The position numbers and the translations under genes are program-made. DNA of 64,000 nt, from the NCBI GenBank assembly GCA_964418255.1, contig CAYQKV010000002.1, forward strand, positions 178,003-242,002, in the 5' to 3' direction. Positions 11,299-20,201 of the stretch are shown here, in pieces. How positions within the stretch are numbered: position 1 is the stretch's first letter; each line of letters starts with the position of its first letter. This DNA is from an uncultured Christensenella sp. (lineage in GTDB: Bacteria > Bacillota > Clostridia > Christensenellales > DTU072). A model generated the notes under the pieces. It saw only the letters and a list, made by a program, of their open reading frames with translations. It searched no databases and was not told the DNA's origin.

Positions 11299-13484
11299 CT
11301 TATACGGGGAAAGTAAACGAGATAATATACACGAACGAAGAAAACGGTTATACCGTGTTGCTTTTCGATGCCGACGACGACGTTTTTGTCGCAGTCGGCA
11401 TTTTTCCTCCCGTCAGCGAAGGCGAGATGCTCAAAATAACGGGCGAATTCAAGGACAATAAAAAATACGGCGAGCAGTTCGCCGTGACGGAAGTTGATTT
11501 CGTGCGCCCAGAGGACGAATACGGTATAATAAAATACCTTTCGAGCGGTTTGTTTAAGGGCATAGGAGAGCGGCTTGCGAAAGAAATTGTGGCAAAATTC
11601 GGCGAAAAAACGCTCGATATACTCGAAAATTCGCCCGAAAGATTGATAGAAGTCAGCGGAATAGGAAGAAAGAAACTGATGGAAATCATCGTGTGTTACG
11701 AAGACACGCGTAGAATGAAAGAAAGCGTGCTTTTTTTGCAGAAACACGACGTTTCGATGAACCTCGCGCTCAAAATTTACCGAAAATACGGGGAAAGCAC
11801 TATTGACGTAATGAAAGCAAACCCGTACGCGTTGGTCGCGGATATAGAGGGCGTAGGCTTTATCACCGCGGATAAAATCGCGTTGAAAATAGGAATACCG
11901 AGAAACAGCGAATTCAGAATTTGCGCCGGAATAACGCATACTTTACAAGAAAGCGCGGCAAAAGGCGGGCATACCTGTCTCCCGCAGGAAGCGGTAATCG
12001 ACGGAGCTACAAAATTGCTCGGACTGGAAAAAAGTCTCGTGGAAAACTGCTATTTCGGTATGCACGACCTGAGAAAGGAAGAGGCGGACGGACAGATTCT
12101 CGTCGCGTCGTCCGTCAATTTTCACGCGGAAAACGCGATAGCGGCAAAATTGATAAAACTAAACCTTACCGTAAAGAAAAACGACGTCGACGTAGTGACC
12201 GAACTCGACGTTTTCGAACGGCAGACGGGTATAATTCTCGACACGGCGCAAAGAGCGGCGATAAAAAGCGTCTTTAATAACGGCGTTTCGGTAATAACGG
12301 GCGGTCCGGGAACGGGCAAAACCACCCTGATAAAAGGGATAGTCAGTATTCTCGAAAACCGCGGGAAACGCGCGGTTCTGTGCGCGCCCACGGGAAGAGC
12401 AAGCAAGCGTATGATGGAAGCGACGGGAGTGGAAGCTAAGACAATACACCGTTTGCTCGGAATGGACGGAATAGGAAAGTCCGCGTGCTATAACGAAGGC
12501 TCGCCAATACCGTGCGACGTAATTATCGTCGACGAAATCAGTATGGCGGATATATACATTTTCAGCGCGCTCACGAAAGCGGTGCCGCTCGGCGCAAGAC
12601 TGGTGCTGGTCGGGGATAAAGACCAGCTTCCCAGCGTCGCTTGCGGCAATATTTTAAGCGACGTAATAAACAGCGGCATAATAAACGTCGTGTTCCTTAC
12701 CGAAGTATACAGGCAGTCGGCTTACAGTACGATTGTAGCGAACGCGCATAGAATAAACCGCGGAGAAATGCCGATAGTAAAAAACGCGAAAGATTTCTTT
12801 TTGAGTACCAAAAGTGATGTTAGAAGTATCCAAAACGACGTATTGACTATGATAAAGACGCGGATACCGAATTTTATTTCCGTAAGCAGCAGCGACGTGC
12901 AGGTACTGTCCCCGGTTAAAAAAGGAGAGCTTGGAGTAGAGGTTCTTAACTCGCTTTTGCAGGAAGAGCTTAATCCCGACGGACGGGAGCTTGTCTATAA
13001 GGACGTAAAATTCAGAGTAGGCGACAGGGTGATGCAGACGGCGAATAACTACCAGATTGAATGGAGCAGGAAGTTAGGCGCGGAGAGAAGAGGAACGGGA
13101 GTTTTTAACGGCGATATAGGCGTAATTACCGACGTGGAGAAAGAAAGACTGACGGTAGAATACGACGACGGAAGAATCGTGCTTTATACGGGTAGCGCGC
13201 TTGACGAACTCACGCTTGCATACTGTATAAGCGTGCATAAATCGCAGGGGAGCGAGTTCCCCGTGGTAGTTATCGTGCTTGGAAAGAGCTCGCCTATGTT
13301 GCTTACCCGTAATCTTATTTATACCGCGGTTACGCGGGCAAAAAAAATGGTGGTTATTATCGGGGAAGAAAGCGTGCTTCGGTATGCCGTGGGCAACACA
13401 TATACGGCGAAGAGATATTCGCTGTTAAGATATTTGTTGCTTAAAAACAAGGGTAAAGCGGAGTTGCTTTGGGGCAATGATTGA
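11295..13484 (+). CDS. recD2: RecD2-like SF1B ATP-dependent DNA helicase
   Basis: Walker A GGPGTGKT, Walker [20 protein letters not shown], and the C-terminal [14 protein letters not shown] overlap with the metK stop. Confidence 0.85.
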   Translation: MTYTGKVNEIIYTNEENGYTVLLFDADDDVFVAVGIFPPVSEGEMLKITGEFKDNKKYGEQFAVTEVDFVRPEDEYGIIKYLSSGLFKGIGERLAKEIVAKFGEKTLDILENSPERLIEVSGIGRKKLMEIIVCYEDTRRMKESVLFLQKHDVSMNLALKIYRKYGESTIDVMKANPYALVADIEGVGFITADKIALKIGIPRNSEFRICAGITHTLQESAAKGGHTCLPQEAVIDGATKLLGLEKSLVENCYFGMHDLRKEEADGQILVASSVNFHAENAIAAKLIKLNLTVKKNDVDVVTELDVFERQTGIILDTAQRAAIKSVFNNGVSVITGGPGTGKTTLIKGIVSILENRGKRAVLCAPTGRASKRMMEATGVEAKTIHRLLGMDGIGKSACYNEGSPIPCDVIIVDEISMADIYIFSALTKAVPLGARLVLVGDKDQLPSVACGNILSDVINSGIINVVFLTEVYRQSAYSTIVANAHRINRGEMPIVKNAKDFFLSTKSDVRSIQNDVLTMIKTRIPNFISVSSSDVQVLSPVKKGELGVEVLNSLLQEELNPDGRELVYKDVKFRVGDRVMQTANNYQIEWSRKLGAERRGTGVFNGDIGVITDVEKERLTVEYDDGRIVLYTGSALDELTLAYCISVHKSQGSEFPVVVIVLGKSSPMLLTRNLIYTAVTRAKKMVVIIGEESVLRYAVGNTYTAKRYSLLRYLLLKNKGKAELLWGND

Positions 13485-14136
13485 GAAGATAAGAAAAGCG
13501 TTTAATAAATTTCTCGACGTGATATTTCCTTTCGGCGTAACGTGTATGTTTTGCGGCGAGGAGATTGACGGTAAATCCGAAAACGGACTTTGCAAAGAAT
13601 GTTCGGGGGAAATCGCAAAAGTAGAAAATCAACTCGCGTTTTATGATTATATTGCCGTATATTCCGCTTGCGAGTATGAAAACTTAGCGAGAAAAATCAT
13701 TTTGTCGGCAAAAGACAGCGACCGTCCGGAGCTCATCAGGATAATGGCGTTATATATCGAGGAAATTTACAGAGAGAAAGATTTTCAGTGCGATTTTATT
13801 GCTTTCGTGCCGTCGTCTAAAAACAATGCGCGGAAAAGAGGGTATGACCATATGAAGATTTGCGCGCAGTTTTTATCGGACGACTTAAACGCGCCTGTGC
13901 TTAAAGGGTTGAAGTGCATAGGGGAAAAGAAAGACCAGACGGAAGTTTCTACGCAAGAAAGGAAAGCGAACGTCAAGAATAAATACGTTTATGAGGGCGA
14001 AAGCCTCAAAGAGAAAACCGTGCTTTTAATCGACGATATAGTAACGACGGGAGCGACTTTGGCAGAGTGCGTTTCCGCGCTGAAAGAAGCAGGGGCGAAG
14101 AGGGTGGTTTGCGTGACGTTTGGGCGCGCCGCGTGA
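13477..14136 (+). CDS. comFC: ComF family protein (ComFC-type phosphoribosyltransferase-fold competence protein)
   Basis: N-terminal Cys4 (CMFCGEEI...CKECSGEI) plus the PRTase loop VLLIDDIVTTGATL. It overlaps the end of recD2. Confidence 0.8.
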   Translation: MIEKIRKAFNKFLDVIFPFGVTCMFCGEEIDGKSENGLCKECSGEIAKVENQLAFYDYIAVYSACEYENLARKIILSAKDSDRPELIRIMALYIEEIYREKDFQCDFIAFVPSSKNNARKRGYDHMKICAQFLSDDLNAPVLKGLKCIGEKKDQTEVSTQERKANVKNKYVYEGESLKEKTVLLIDDIVTTGATLAECVSALKEAGAKRVVCVTFGRAA

Positions 14137-14186
14137 TACTCCGACCAGACGGGAGAACTCCGACCAGTCGTTGCGCGGAGCTACGC

Positions 14187-14540
14187 CCGACCAATCGTTA
14201 TGCGGAAATTTACTCGCGGTCGAGATAAACTCGACGCGCGGATAAATTTTTAGTCCGCATAAGTCGGACTCATAAGGAAGAAAGTCGTACCGACTTTCTT
14301 TTCATTTAAGTTCGCAAGGGGTTCGCGCCCCTTGCTTATCCCCATAAGGGCAAAAAGTGAGATATTCCGACCAATCGTTATGCGGAAATTTACTCGCGGT
14401 CGAGATAAACTCGACGCACGGATAAATTTTTAGTCCGCATAAGTCGGACTCATAAGGAAGAAAGTCGTACCGACTTTCTTTTCATTTAAGTTCGCAAGGG
14501 GTTCGCGCCCCTTGCTTATCCCCATAAGGGCAAAAAGTGA
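14187..14540. repeat. Tandem duplication of a 174-bp highly self-complementary unit (copies 14187-14360 and 14367-14540)
   Basis: The copies are identical except G/A at 14238 vs 14418, with a 6-nt spacer GATATT. Each unit holds several hairpins, including AAGAAAGTCG-TAC-CGACTTTCTT followed by TT (terminator-like) and CAAGGGG-TTCGCG-CCCCTTG. Confidence 0.9.
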
Positions 14541-14603
14541 AAAATGTGCTTTCCACTTTTTGAATATAATTTGAATATAAATTATTCCATTTTTTTATTT
14601 CTT

Positions 14604-14680
14604 TATTTAAGTTGACACTTAACCGAAGAGAAAAAAATAAAACACAGATAAAAAAGTTTTTGTAAAGAGGGAGCGCGAGA
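14604..14680. repeat. ~77-bp dispersed repeat, copy a (partner at 15630-15706)
   Basis: ATTTAAGTTGACACTTAACCGAAGAGAAAAAAATAAAA...AAAAGTTTTTGTAAAGAGGGAGCGCGAGA aligns by eye with copy b at roughly 85% identity, in the same orientation. Confidence 0.75.
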
Positions 14681-14689
14681 TGTGAAGTG

Positions 14690-14917
14690 TTAAAAATGTT
14701 CTTTCGGCAAAAGTATATCGTTGGGAGTAACATCCAACGCGGAGCACAATAAAACGAACGTGTCAAGCTTCGGCAATTTTTTTGTCGTACAATACTGCGT
14801 AATCATTTCGGGAGATACGCCTACTTTTTGCGCTAATTCCACGGTCGTAAGTCCGCTGTACTTGATATGAAATATTAAATTCTGCTTTATTTCGGCGTTG
14901 ATTTTTGTTAAATCCAT
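14690..14917 (-). CDS. XRE-family helix-turn-helix transcriptional regulator (75 aa)
   Basis: GLTTVELAQKVGVSPEMITQYCTTKKLPKLDTFVLLCSALDVTPNDIL is a classic Cro/C1-type HTH. It is divergent from 15013-15519. Confidence 0.8.
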   Translation of the reverse strand: MDLTKINAEIKQNLIFHIKYSGLTTVELAQKVGVSPEMITQYCTTKKLPKLDTFVLLCSALDVTPNDILLPKEHF

Positions 14918-14950
14918 ATTGTTATTCTATAACCAACAGTTATTTTTGGC

Positions 14951-14979
14951 TTGACAGCTAACTGACAGTTAGCTATAAT
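14951..14979 (+). promoter_or_regulatory. Consensus promoter with an embedded palindromic operator
   Basis: TTGACA (14951-14956), 17 nt, then TATAAT (14974-14979). The spacer is filled by the perfect 9-1-9 palindrome AGCTAACTG-A-CAGTTAGCT (14956-14974). Confidence 0.65.
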
Positions 14980-15012
14980 ATAACCATACATACAACGGAG
15001 GCGTAAAATATT

Positions 15013-15519
15013 ATGGAGCAATCAAATTGTTTTTATCACAAGGAACGGGCGGCTACGGCAATATGCGTAAACTGCGGAGCGCCGATATGCGCGGAATGTT
15101 CGTGTCATATTAACGACAATAGGCTTTGCCCGTCGTGTTATCAGACGGCGTGCAAACAAAACGTAAAGAGTTTATCTGCCGACTTGACATATTTCATCGG
15201 CTATATAGCTATCGCGCTTGTATTCTACATAGTCGGAGCGGTAGTTTTATTTTCGGGTGACGGAATCGGTATGATTCTTTTGGGCGTGCTGTTAATGGGA
15301 ATACCGAACGTATGCGGGTTTTTCAGAAGAAGCGCAGGAATATTCGCTACCGTAAGACTTTGGCTATTGCTTATCGTATTGACCATAGTGTTGGGAATCG
15401 TAGCTACGCCGATTATAATTATCATCAATATAGTCAAAGCGTGCCGAGTTGCTTCTGGGAAAAAATACTGGGCGAAACTTCTTAAAGAATGTAACGAAGT
15501 ATATCCCTTTCTTAATTAA
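15013..15519 (+). CDS. B-box/zinc-ribbon-like N-terminal domain fused to a multi-pass membrane domain (168 aa)
   Basis: The N-terminus is Cys/His-rich (CFYH...CVNCGAPICAECSCH...CPSC) and is followed by about four hydrophobic segments. GGAGG lies upstream. Confidence 0.6.
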   Translation: MEQSNCFYHKERAATAICVNCGAPICAECSCHINDNRLCPSCYQTACKQNVKSLSADLTYFIGYIAIALVFYIVGAVVLFSGDGIGMILLGVLLMGIPNVCGFFRRSAGIFATVRLWLLLIVLTIVLGIVATPIIIIINIVKACRVASGKKYWAKLLKECNEVYPFLN

Positions 15520-15530
15520 GTTGACATTAT

Positions 15531-15567
15531 AAAAACCGTTGTCTAATCATTGACAACGGTTTTTTTA
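15531..15567 (+). terminator. Rho-independent terminator
   Basis: AAAAACCGTTGTC-TAATCATT-GACAACGGTTTTT followed by a T-run. Confidence 0.8.
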
Positions 15568-15629
15568 TTTGCTTTGTTATATTGTTTGAAAAGACAATAA
15601 TAACATAAAAAATATACCTTTTTTTCTAT

Positions 15630-15706
15630 ATTTAAGTTGAGACTTCATCGAAGAGAAAAATAAAAATATAAATAACAAAAGTTTTTGTAAGGGGAGAGCG
15701 CGAGAG
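15630..15706. repeat. ~77-bp dispersed repeat, copy b (partner at 14604-14680)
   Basis: ATTTAAGTTGAGACTTCATCGAAGAGAAAAATAAAAA...AAAAGTTTTTGTAAGGGGAGAGCGCGAGA. Confidence 0.75.
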
Positions 15707-15822
15707 GGGAGAAACTTTTTGCCGAAAAAGGTTTCCCCTCTCGCAATCTACGCTTAATAAAGTATTTTTTGTAAAGAGTCGAGGGAGAAGAAACTTTTTG
15801 TCTAAAAAGGTTTTCTCCCTCG
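15700..15822. repeat. Two tandem long hairpins (15700-15744 and 15780-15822) of the same design
   Basis: The two are GCGAGAGGGGAGAAAC-TTTTTGCCGAAAAA-GGTTTCCCCTCTCGC and CGAGGGAGAAGAAAC-TTTTTGTCTAAAAA-GGTTTTCTCCCTCG. Each is preceded by TTTTTGTAA(A/G)G. Sequence differences between the copies keep the arms complementary. Confidence 0.8.
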
Positions 15823-15845
15823 CATACTCTTTATTAAATTTTATA

Positions 15846-17276
15846 CTATTGTTTTTTCGCGCTGTGGGAATAAGTGAGGAATTTTTTAAGGTTATAGAGA
15901 CCGTCGCTGAGGTCAACCTTGTAAATATTCGGGTTCATAAGGCGCAGGTATTCTTCCCAGAATTCGCTTCTTACGAGTTTGGAATAGTCCGCAATTTCTT
16001 TTAAAGACGGGGATTTGTAGACCTGCTCTCCGTTATGGAATACTTCCACCATAAGGTCGCGCATCGAGTATTCGGTAAGCGTGGTCTTTTTCCACGTTTC
16101 CACGGGGTGGAAAATGGTAAGGGGCTTGGTCGTGTCGAACACTTCGTTTTTCAGGCAGATGAGGTCGGCAAACGCCATTTTGTCCGCGTCGTATATGCGG
16201 TATGTGGTCTTGATACCCGGGTTGGTAATTTTTTCCGTGGTGTCGGAAAGTTTGATTTTCGCTTCCCAGTGTCCGTTTTCTTCGAGCGCGCTCAGTTTGT
16301 AAACGCCTCCGAGCGCGGGAGTAAGGGAAGATGTTATGAGCTTCGTACCTATGCCGTAAGTATCGATTTTCGCGCCCTGCTTGTCAAGGGAAGAGAGAAT
16401 GTATTCGTCAAGGTCGCCGCTTACGCAGATTTTGCAGTCGGCGTGTCCCGCGTCGTCAAGCATTTTTCTCGCCTTTTTCGTAAGATACGCAAGGTCGCCG
16501 CTGTCAAGCCTTATGCCGAGAGGTTTCAGTCCTTTGGCTTTCATCTCGTCGAAAACTTTTATAGCGTTGGGAACGCCCGAACGCAACGTGTCGTAAGTGT
16601 CGACGAGAAGGAGACAGTTGTTGGGATAAATACGAGCGTATTCGCGGAACGCTTCGAGTTCGGTATCGAAACTCATTACCCAACTGTGCGCGTGAGTCCC
16701 CGAACAAGGCACGCCGTACATTTTCGCAGTGAGAACGTTGCTCGTCGAGGCGCAACCGCCGATAATCGCGGCGCGAGCGCCGTAAATTCCCGCGTCAGGT
16801 CCCTGCGCGCGGCGCAAACCGAATTCCATCACTACGCCTTTCGCTTCCTGGCAGATTTTGAACGCCTTCGTCGCGATAAGCGTCTGGTGGTTAATCATAT
16901 TGAGAATGGCGGTTTCCACAAGCTGAGCTTCGAACAGAGGCGCGTTGACGGTAAGAAGAGGCTCCCCCGGGAAAACGACTTCCCCTTCACGTATCGCGTA
17001 AATCGAACCCGTAAAACGGAAATTCTTCAAACGGTCGAGAAAATCTTCTCCGAACAAGTCGAGACTACGAAGATATTCGATGTCGTCTTCTTCGAAATGA
17101 AGATTGTTGATATAGTCGATAACCTGTTCGAGCCCCGCGCAGATAGCAAAATCGAGATGTTCTTTTTGGCGGTAGAAAACGTCGAAGTTTGCGCGCACTT
17201 CCGCTTTTCCCGTTTGCATATAGGCGTTCATCATAGTGAGTTGATATAAGTCTGTAAGTAAAGTTAAATTACGCAT
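15846..17276 (-). CDS. pncB: Nicotinate phosphoribosyltransferase
   Basis: The N-terminus LLTDLYQLTMMNAY and the overall length (476 aa) are typical of the NAPRTase family. Confidence 0.9.
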   Translation of the reverse strand: MRNLTLLTDLYQLTMMNAYMQTGKAEVRANFDVFYRQKEHLDFAICAGLEQVIDYINNLHFEEDDIEYLRSLDLFGEDFLDRLKNFRFTGSIYAIREGEVVFPGEPLLTVNAPLFEAQLVETAILNMINHQTLIATKAFKICQEAKGVVMEFGLRRAQGPDAGIYGARAAIIGGCASTSNVLTAKMYGVPCSGTHAHSWVMSFDTELEAFREYARIYPNNCLLLVDTYDTLRSGVPNAIKVFDEMKAKGLKPLGIRLDSGDLAYLTKKARKMLDDAGHADCKICVSGDLDEYILSSLDKQGAKIDTYGIGTKLITSSLTPALGGVYKLSALEENGHWEAKIKLSDTTEKITNPGIKTTYRIYDADKMAFADLICLKNEVFDTTKPLTIFHPVETWKKTTLTEYSMRDLMVEVFHNGEQVYKSPSLKEIADYSKLVRSEFWEEYLRLMNPNIYKVDLSDGLYNLKKFLTYSHSAKKQ

Positions 17277-17286
17277 AATACCTCTT

Positions 17287-18534
17287 TTATAAAGCGACTT
17301 CGGTCGCGCCGTAGTTTCTTATTCTAACGCAGAACACGTTTTCTTTGCCGAAATATTCTGACATTTCATTTACATACGAAACGCTGTTTTCGGTATCCAC
17401 AAACGTAAGTATTGTGCCCGCAAACCCGCCTCCGTGTACACGGTAAGCAAGCGTGGACGGATTGCGCGCCGCGATTGCGAGCGCGAGGGGAATGGGCTGA
17501 GCAACGTCTCCCGAAGGGTAGCAGTTCTGTAAAAGCTCGTAGCTTGATTTTCCGCTTTCTTTAATTGCGCGGAGGAAGGATTCTTTGTCGCGTTCTTTCA
17601 CCGCTTTTTCTGCGAACGTTACGCGTTTATTTTCTTCGAAGAAATGAATAGCGCGCAGGATTGCTCTTCCCGAAAACTTTTCTTTCAGGGATTTAAGAGA
17701 GGAGAAAAAGAGGTTTTCGTCGACTTCGCCGAGGACTTTTTCCCCGAAGAAAGCCGCGACCGATTCCATTTCCGTGCGGATAGAAGCGTATTCGTCGGTA
17801 AGATTGCAGTGGTCGCCGCCGCAGTTTATTATGACGAGAGAAAGGTCGTCGAATTTCCAGTCCGCGCTTTCCGAGCTCGGAATTTCCGTGCCGAAGTTCA
17901 TAAAACTAACGCCGCCGCGGGAGATGGTTAGTTGGTCCATAAGTCCCGAGGGTTTGCCGAAATATACGTTTTCCGCATAACGTCCGATTATCGCTTTTTC
18001 GGTAAAACCGATTTTACCGTCGTTGTAGAGAACGTTGAGAATTTCGCAGATGAGGAGTTCGAACGCCGCGCTGCTGCTGACTCCCGCGCCTTTGAAAATA
18101 TTGCTCGAAGCGCGGGCGGTAAATCCGCCTACTTTATATCCGCGGTCGATAAAACCTTTGCATACGCCGCGAACGAGCGCAAGAGTCGACCCGAAGAGTT
18201 TTTCATCTATGGGTAGGTCGTTTACGTCTATCGAAAACGGCGCGTAGCCTTCGCTTTCTACGGTTATCACATTGTCGTCGGTCTGAACGACGGCGCAGGC
18301 GACGTCGAGGTCGATACTGCCCGCAATAACCAGACCGTGGTTGTGGTCGGTGTGATTTCCTACGAGTTCCGCTCTGCCGGGAGAAGAGAAAAAGCGTATT
18401 TTTCCCGTCAGATTGTCGGTAAGAGACGAGTACCTTTCACAGACAGCTTTAAGGTCCGCGCGGTATAGTTTAGTTACCGACGAGGTAAAGGCGGAATTGC
18501 CGAGGAGAGTTTCTTTCGTTAAAGTCCTTGCCAT
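17287..18534 (-). CDS. galK: Galactokinase (GHMP kinase)
   Basis: Contains GRAELVGNHTDHNHG (galactokinase signature-like) and the GHMP motif GAGVSSSAAFE. The start was moved to the ATG at 18534, downstream of GGAG. It is divergent from galT. Confidence 0.85.
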   Translation of the reverse strand: MARTLTKETLLGNSAFTSSVTKLYRADLKAVCERYSSLTDNLTGKIRFFSSPGRAELVGNHTDHNHGLVIAGSIDLDVACAVVQTDDNVITVESEGYAPFSIDVNDLPIDEKLFGSTLALVRGVCKGFIDRGYKVGGFTARASSNIFKGAGVSSSAAFELLICEILNVLYNDGKIGFTEKAIIGRYAENVYFGKPSGLMDQLTISRGGVSFMNFGTEIPSSESADWKFDDLSLVIINCGGDHCNLTDEYASIRTEMESVAAFFGEKVLGEVDENLFFSSLKSLKEKFSGRAILRAIHFFEENKRVTFAEKAVKERDKESFLRAIKESGKSSYELLQNCYPSGDVAQPIPLALAIAARNPSTLAYRVHGGGFAGTILTFVDTENSVSYVNEMSEYFGKENVFCVRIRNYGATEVAL

Positions 18535-18620
18535 TACAAGCTCCTTTATGTTATACTTTATAAAGTATAACACATACCGAAAATATTAGCAACAACTTTA
18601 ACGGACGAGAGGAAACGACG

Positions 18621-20174
18621 ATGAACGGAACTGTAAAAAATATAGAAGATTTATTGCTGTATGCGGAAAACGAACTCGGACTGGGCGTCGAGGACAAGGC
18701 GTATTCCCGCAATCAACTGTACGAACTTTTTCAGGTTGAGCCCGAAGAATGCGCGCCCGAAAAAAGACCCCTCGAAGATATAACGGACGAACTCGTGCGC
18801 TACGGGATAGAAACGGGGATTGCCGAAGAGGGCACCGAACTGAGGTTCGAAACGAGAATTCTCGGGCTTGTCACGCCGTCTCCCGGGGAAGTCGTTATGA
18901 ACTTCGAAGCGTTGAAAGAAGCGGAGGGCGCGTCGGTGGCGACGGATTACCTTTACGCTTTGTCGATAAAAAACAACTATATAAGACTTAACGACGTAAG
19001 ACGGAATATATGCTGGTACGCTGACGGCGCGAAAGGTCCGATAGCGATTACCATTAACCTTTCCAAGCCCGAAAAGGACCCCAAACAGGTACTTGCGGAA
19101 AAAGCGTTTAAGGGAAAGAAATATCCTAAATGCCTGCTTTGCCTGGAAAATATAGGCTTCTGCGGAACGCCCGTGCACCCCGCGAGACAGACGTTGAGAA
19201 TAGTTCCCGTGAGGCTGAACGGCGAAAAATGGCATATGCAGTATTCTCCGTACGTCTATTACGACGAACATTGCATAGTCTTCCGCGACGAGCATCTGCC
19301 GATGAGAATAACCGACCTTACTTTTGTAAGACTGCTTGATTTCGTGTCGCAGTATCCCGACTATTTTCTCGGAAGCAACGCGGATTTGCCGATAGTGGGA
19401 GGGTCTATTCTCGCCCACGACCACTACCAGGGCGGGAAAAAGGTTCTGCCTATGTTCGCTACGGGATTGAGAAAACTGTACGAAGTCAAAAACGGCGTGG
19501 CGGTAGGCGTGCGCGACTGGTATAACAGCGTGGTTACGGTAAAAGGTAAAGACAGAAACGCGGTCGCGTTGAAAGCGGCGACGATTGCCGCGGCGTGGAT
19601 AAACTATTCGGACGAAAGCGCGGGAATTCTCTGCGCGACTACCGAACGGCACAGCACGGTTACGCCCGTGGCGAGCTACGACGGCGCGGAATTCGTAATG
19701 GATTTGATACTCAGAAACAACCGTACGGACGAAACGCATCCTTTCGGAATTTTCCACCCGACGGAAGATATGCACAACATTAAAAAAGAGTCCATCGGGC
19801 TTATCGAGGCGATGGGACTGTTCATCCTTCCGGGTCGTCTGAAAAACGAACTTTACGAACTGATGAAAGAAATGCGTAAGGAAAAACCCGACCTCGAAAG
19901 AATTTTCAAAGACGAAAAACTTTCCAAACATTCCTCGCTTATCGTGCAGGCGATGGCGGACAAAGGAACGGGACTAAGCGAAGAGGACGCAAGAAACGCG
20001 ATTATCGCCAGGGTGAACGACACTTGCCTGCGCATACTCGAATGTACGGCGGTGTTCAAAAACGACGAACAGGGCGCGGAAGCGTTCGACAGGTTTATGA
20101 GTACGGTTACCGACGGCGAAGGAATAAAGGGCGCGCCGAAAAAAGCGGGCAGACCGCCTATGGGGAAAATGTAA
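18621..20174 (+). CDS. galT: Galactose-1-phosphate uridylyltransferase, type 2 (Firmicutes-type, ~500 aa)
   Basis: The length and the HDHYQGG motif fit GalT family 2, and it sits next to galK. Confidence 0.85.
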   Translation: MNGTVKNIEDLLLYAENELGLGVEDKAYSRNQLYELFQVEPEECAPEKRPLEDITDELVRYGIETGIAEEGTELRFETRILGLVTPSPGEVVMNFEALKEAEGASVATDYLYALSIKNNYIRLNDVRRNICWYADGAKGPIAITINLSKPEKDPKQVLAEKAFKGKKYPKCLLCLENIGFCGTPVHPARQTLRIVPVRLNGEKWHMQYSPYVYYDEHCIVFRDEHLPMRITDLTFVRLLDFVSQYPDYFLGSNADLPIVGGSILAHDHYQGGKKVLPMFATGLRKLYEVKNGVAVGVRDWYNSVVTVKGKDRNAVALKAATIAAAWINYSDESAGILCATTERHSTVTPVASYDGAEFVMDLILRNNRTDETHPFGIFHPTEDMHNIKKESIGLIEAMGLFILPGRLKNELYELMKEMRKEKPDLERIFKDEKLSKHSSLIVQAMADKGTGLSEEDARNAIIARVNDTCLRILECTAVFKNDEQGAEAFDRFMSTVTDGEGIKGAPKKAGRPPMGKM

Positions 20175-20201
20175 ATACGGAAAAACCGAAGACGGAGAGA
20201 A

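Noticed and set aside
14187-14540. Possible CRISPR array or tRNA-like element in the tandem repeat.
   Set aside because: There are only two copies, the units are 174 bp with a 6-nt spacer, and there are no cas genes, so it is not CRISPR geometry. No cloverleaf or anticodon-arm pattern was seen.
14482-14766. 94-aa minus-strand ORF overlapping the repeat and the XRE 3' end.
   Set aside because: It runs through repeat and terminator hairpins, overlaps the XRE gene in another frame, and has no SD.
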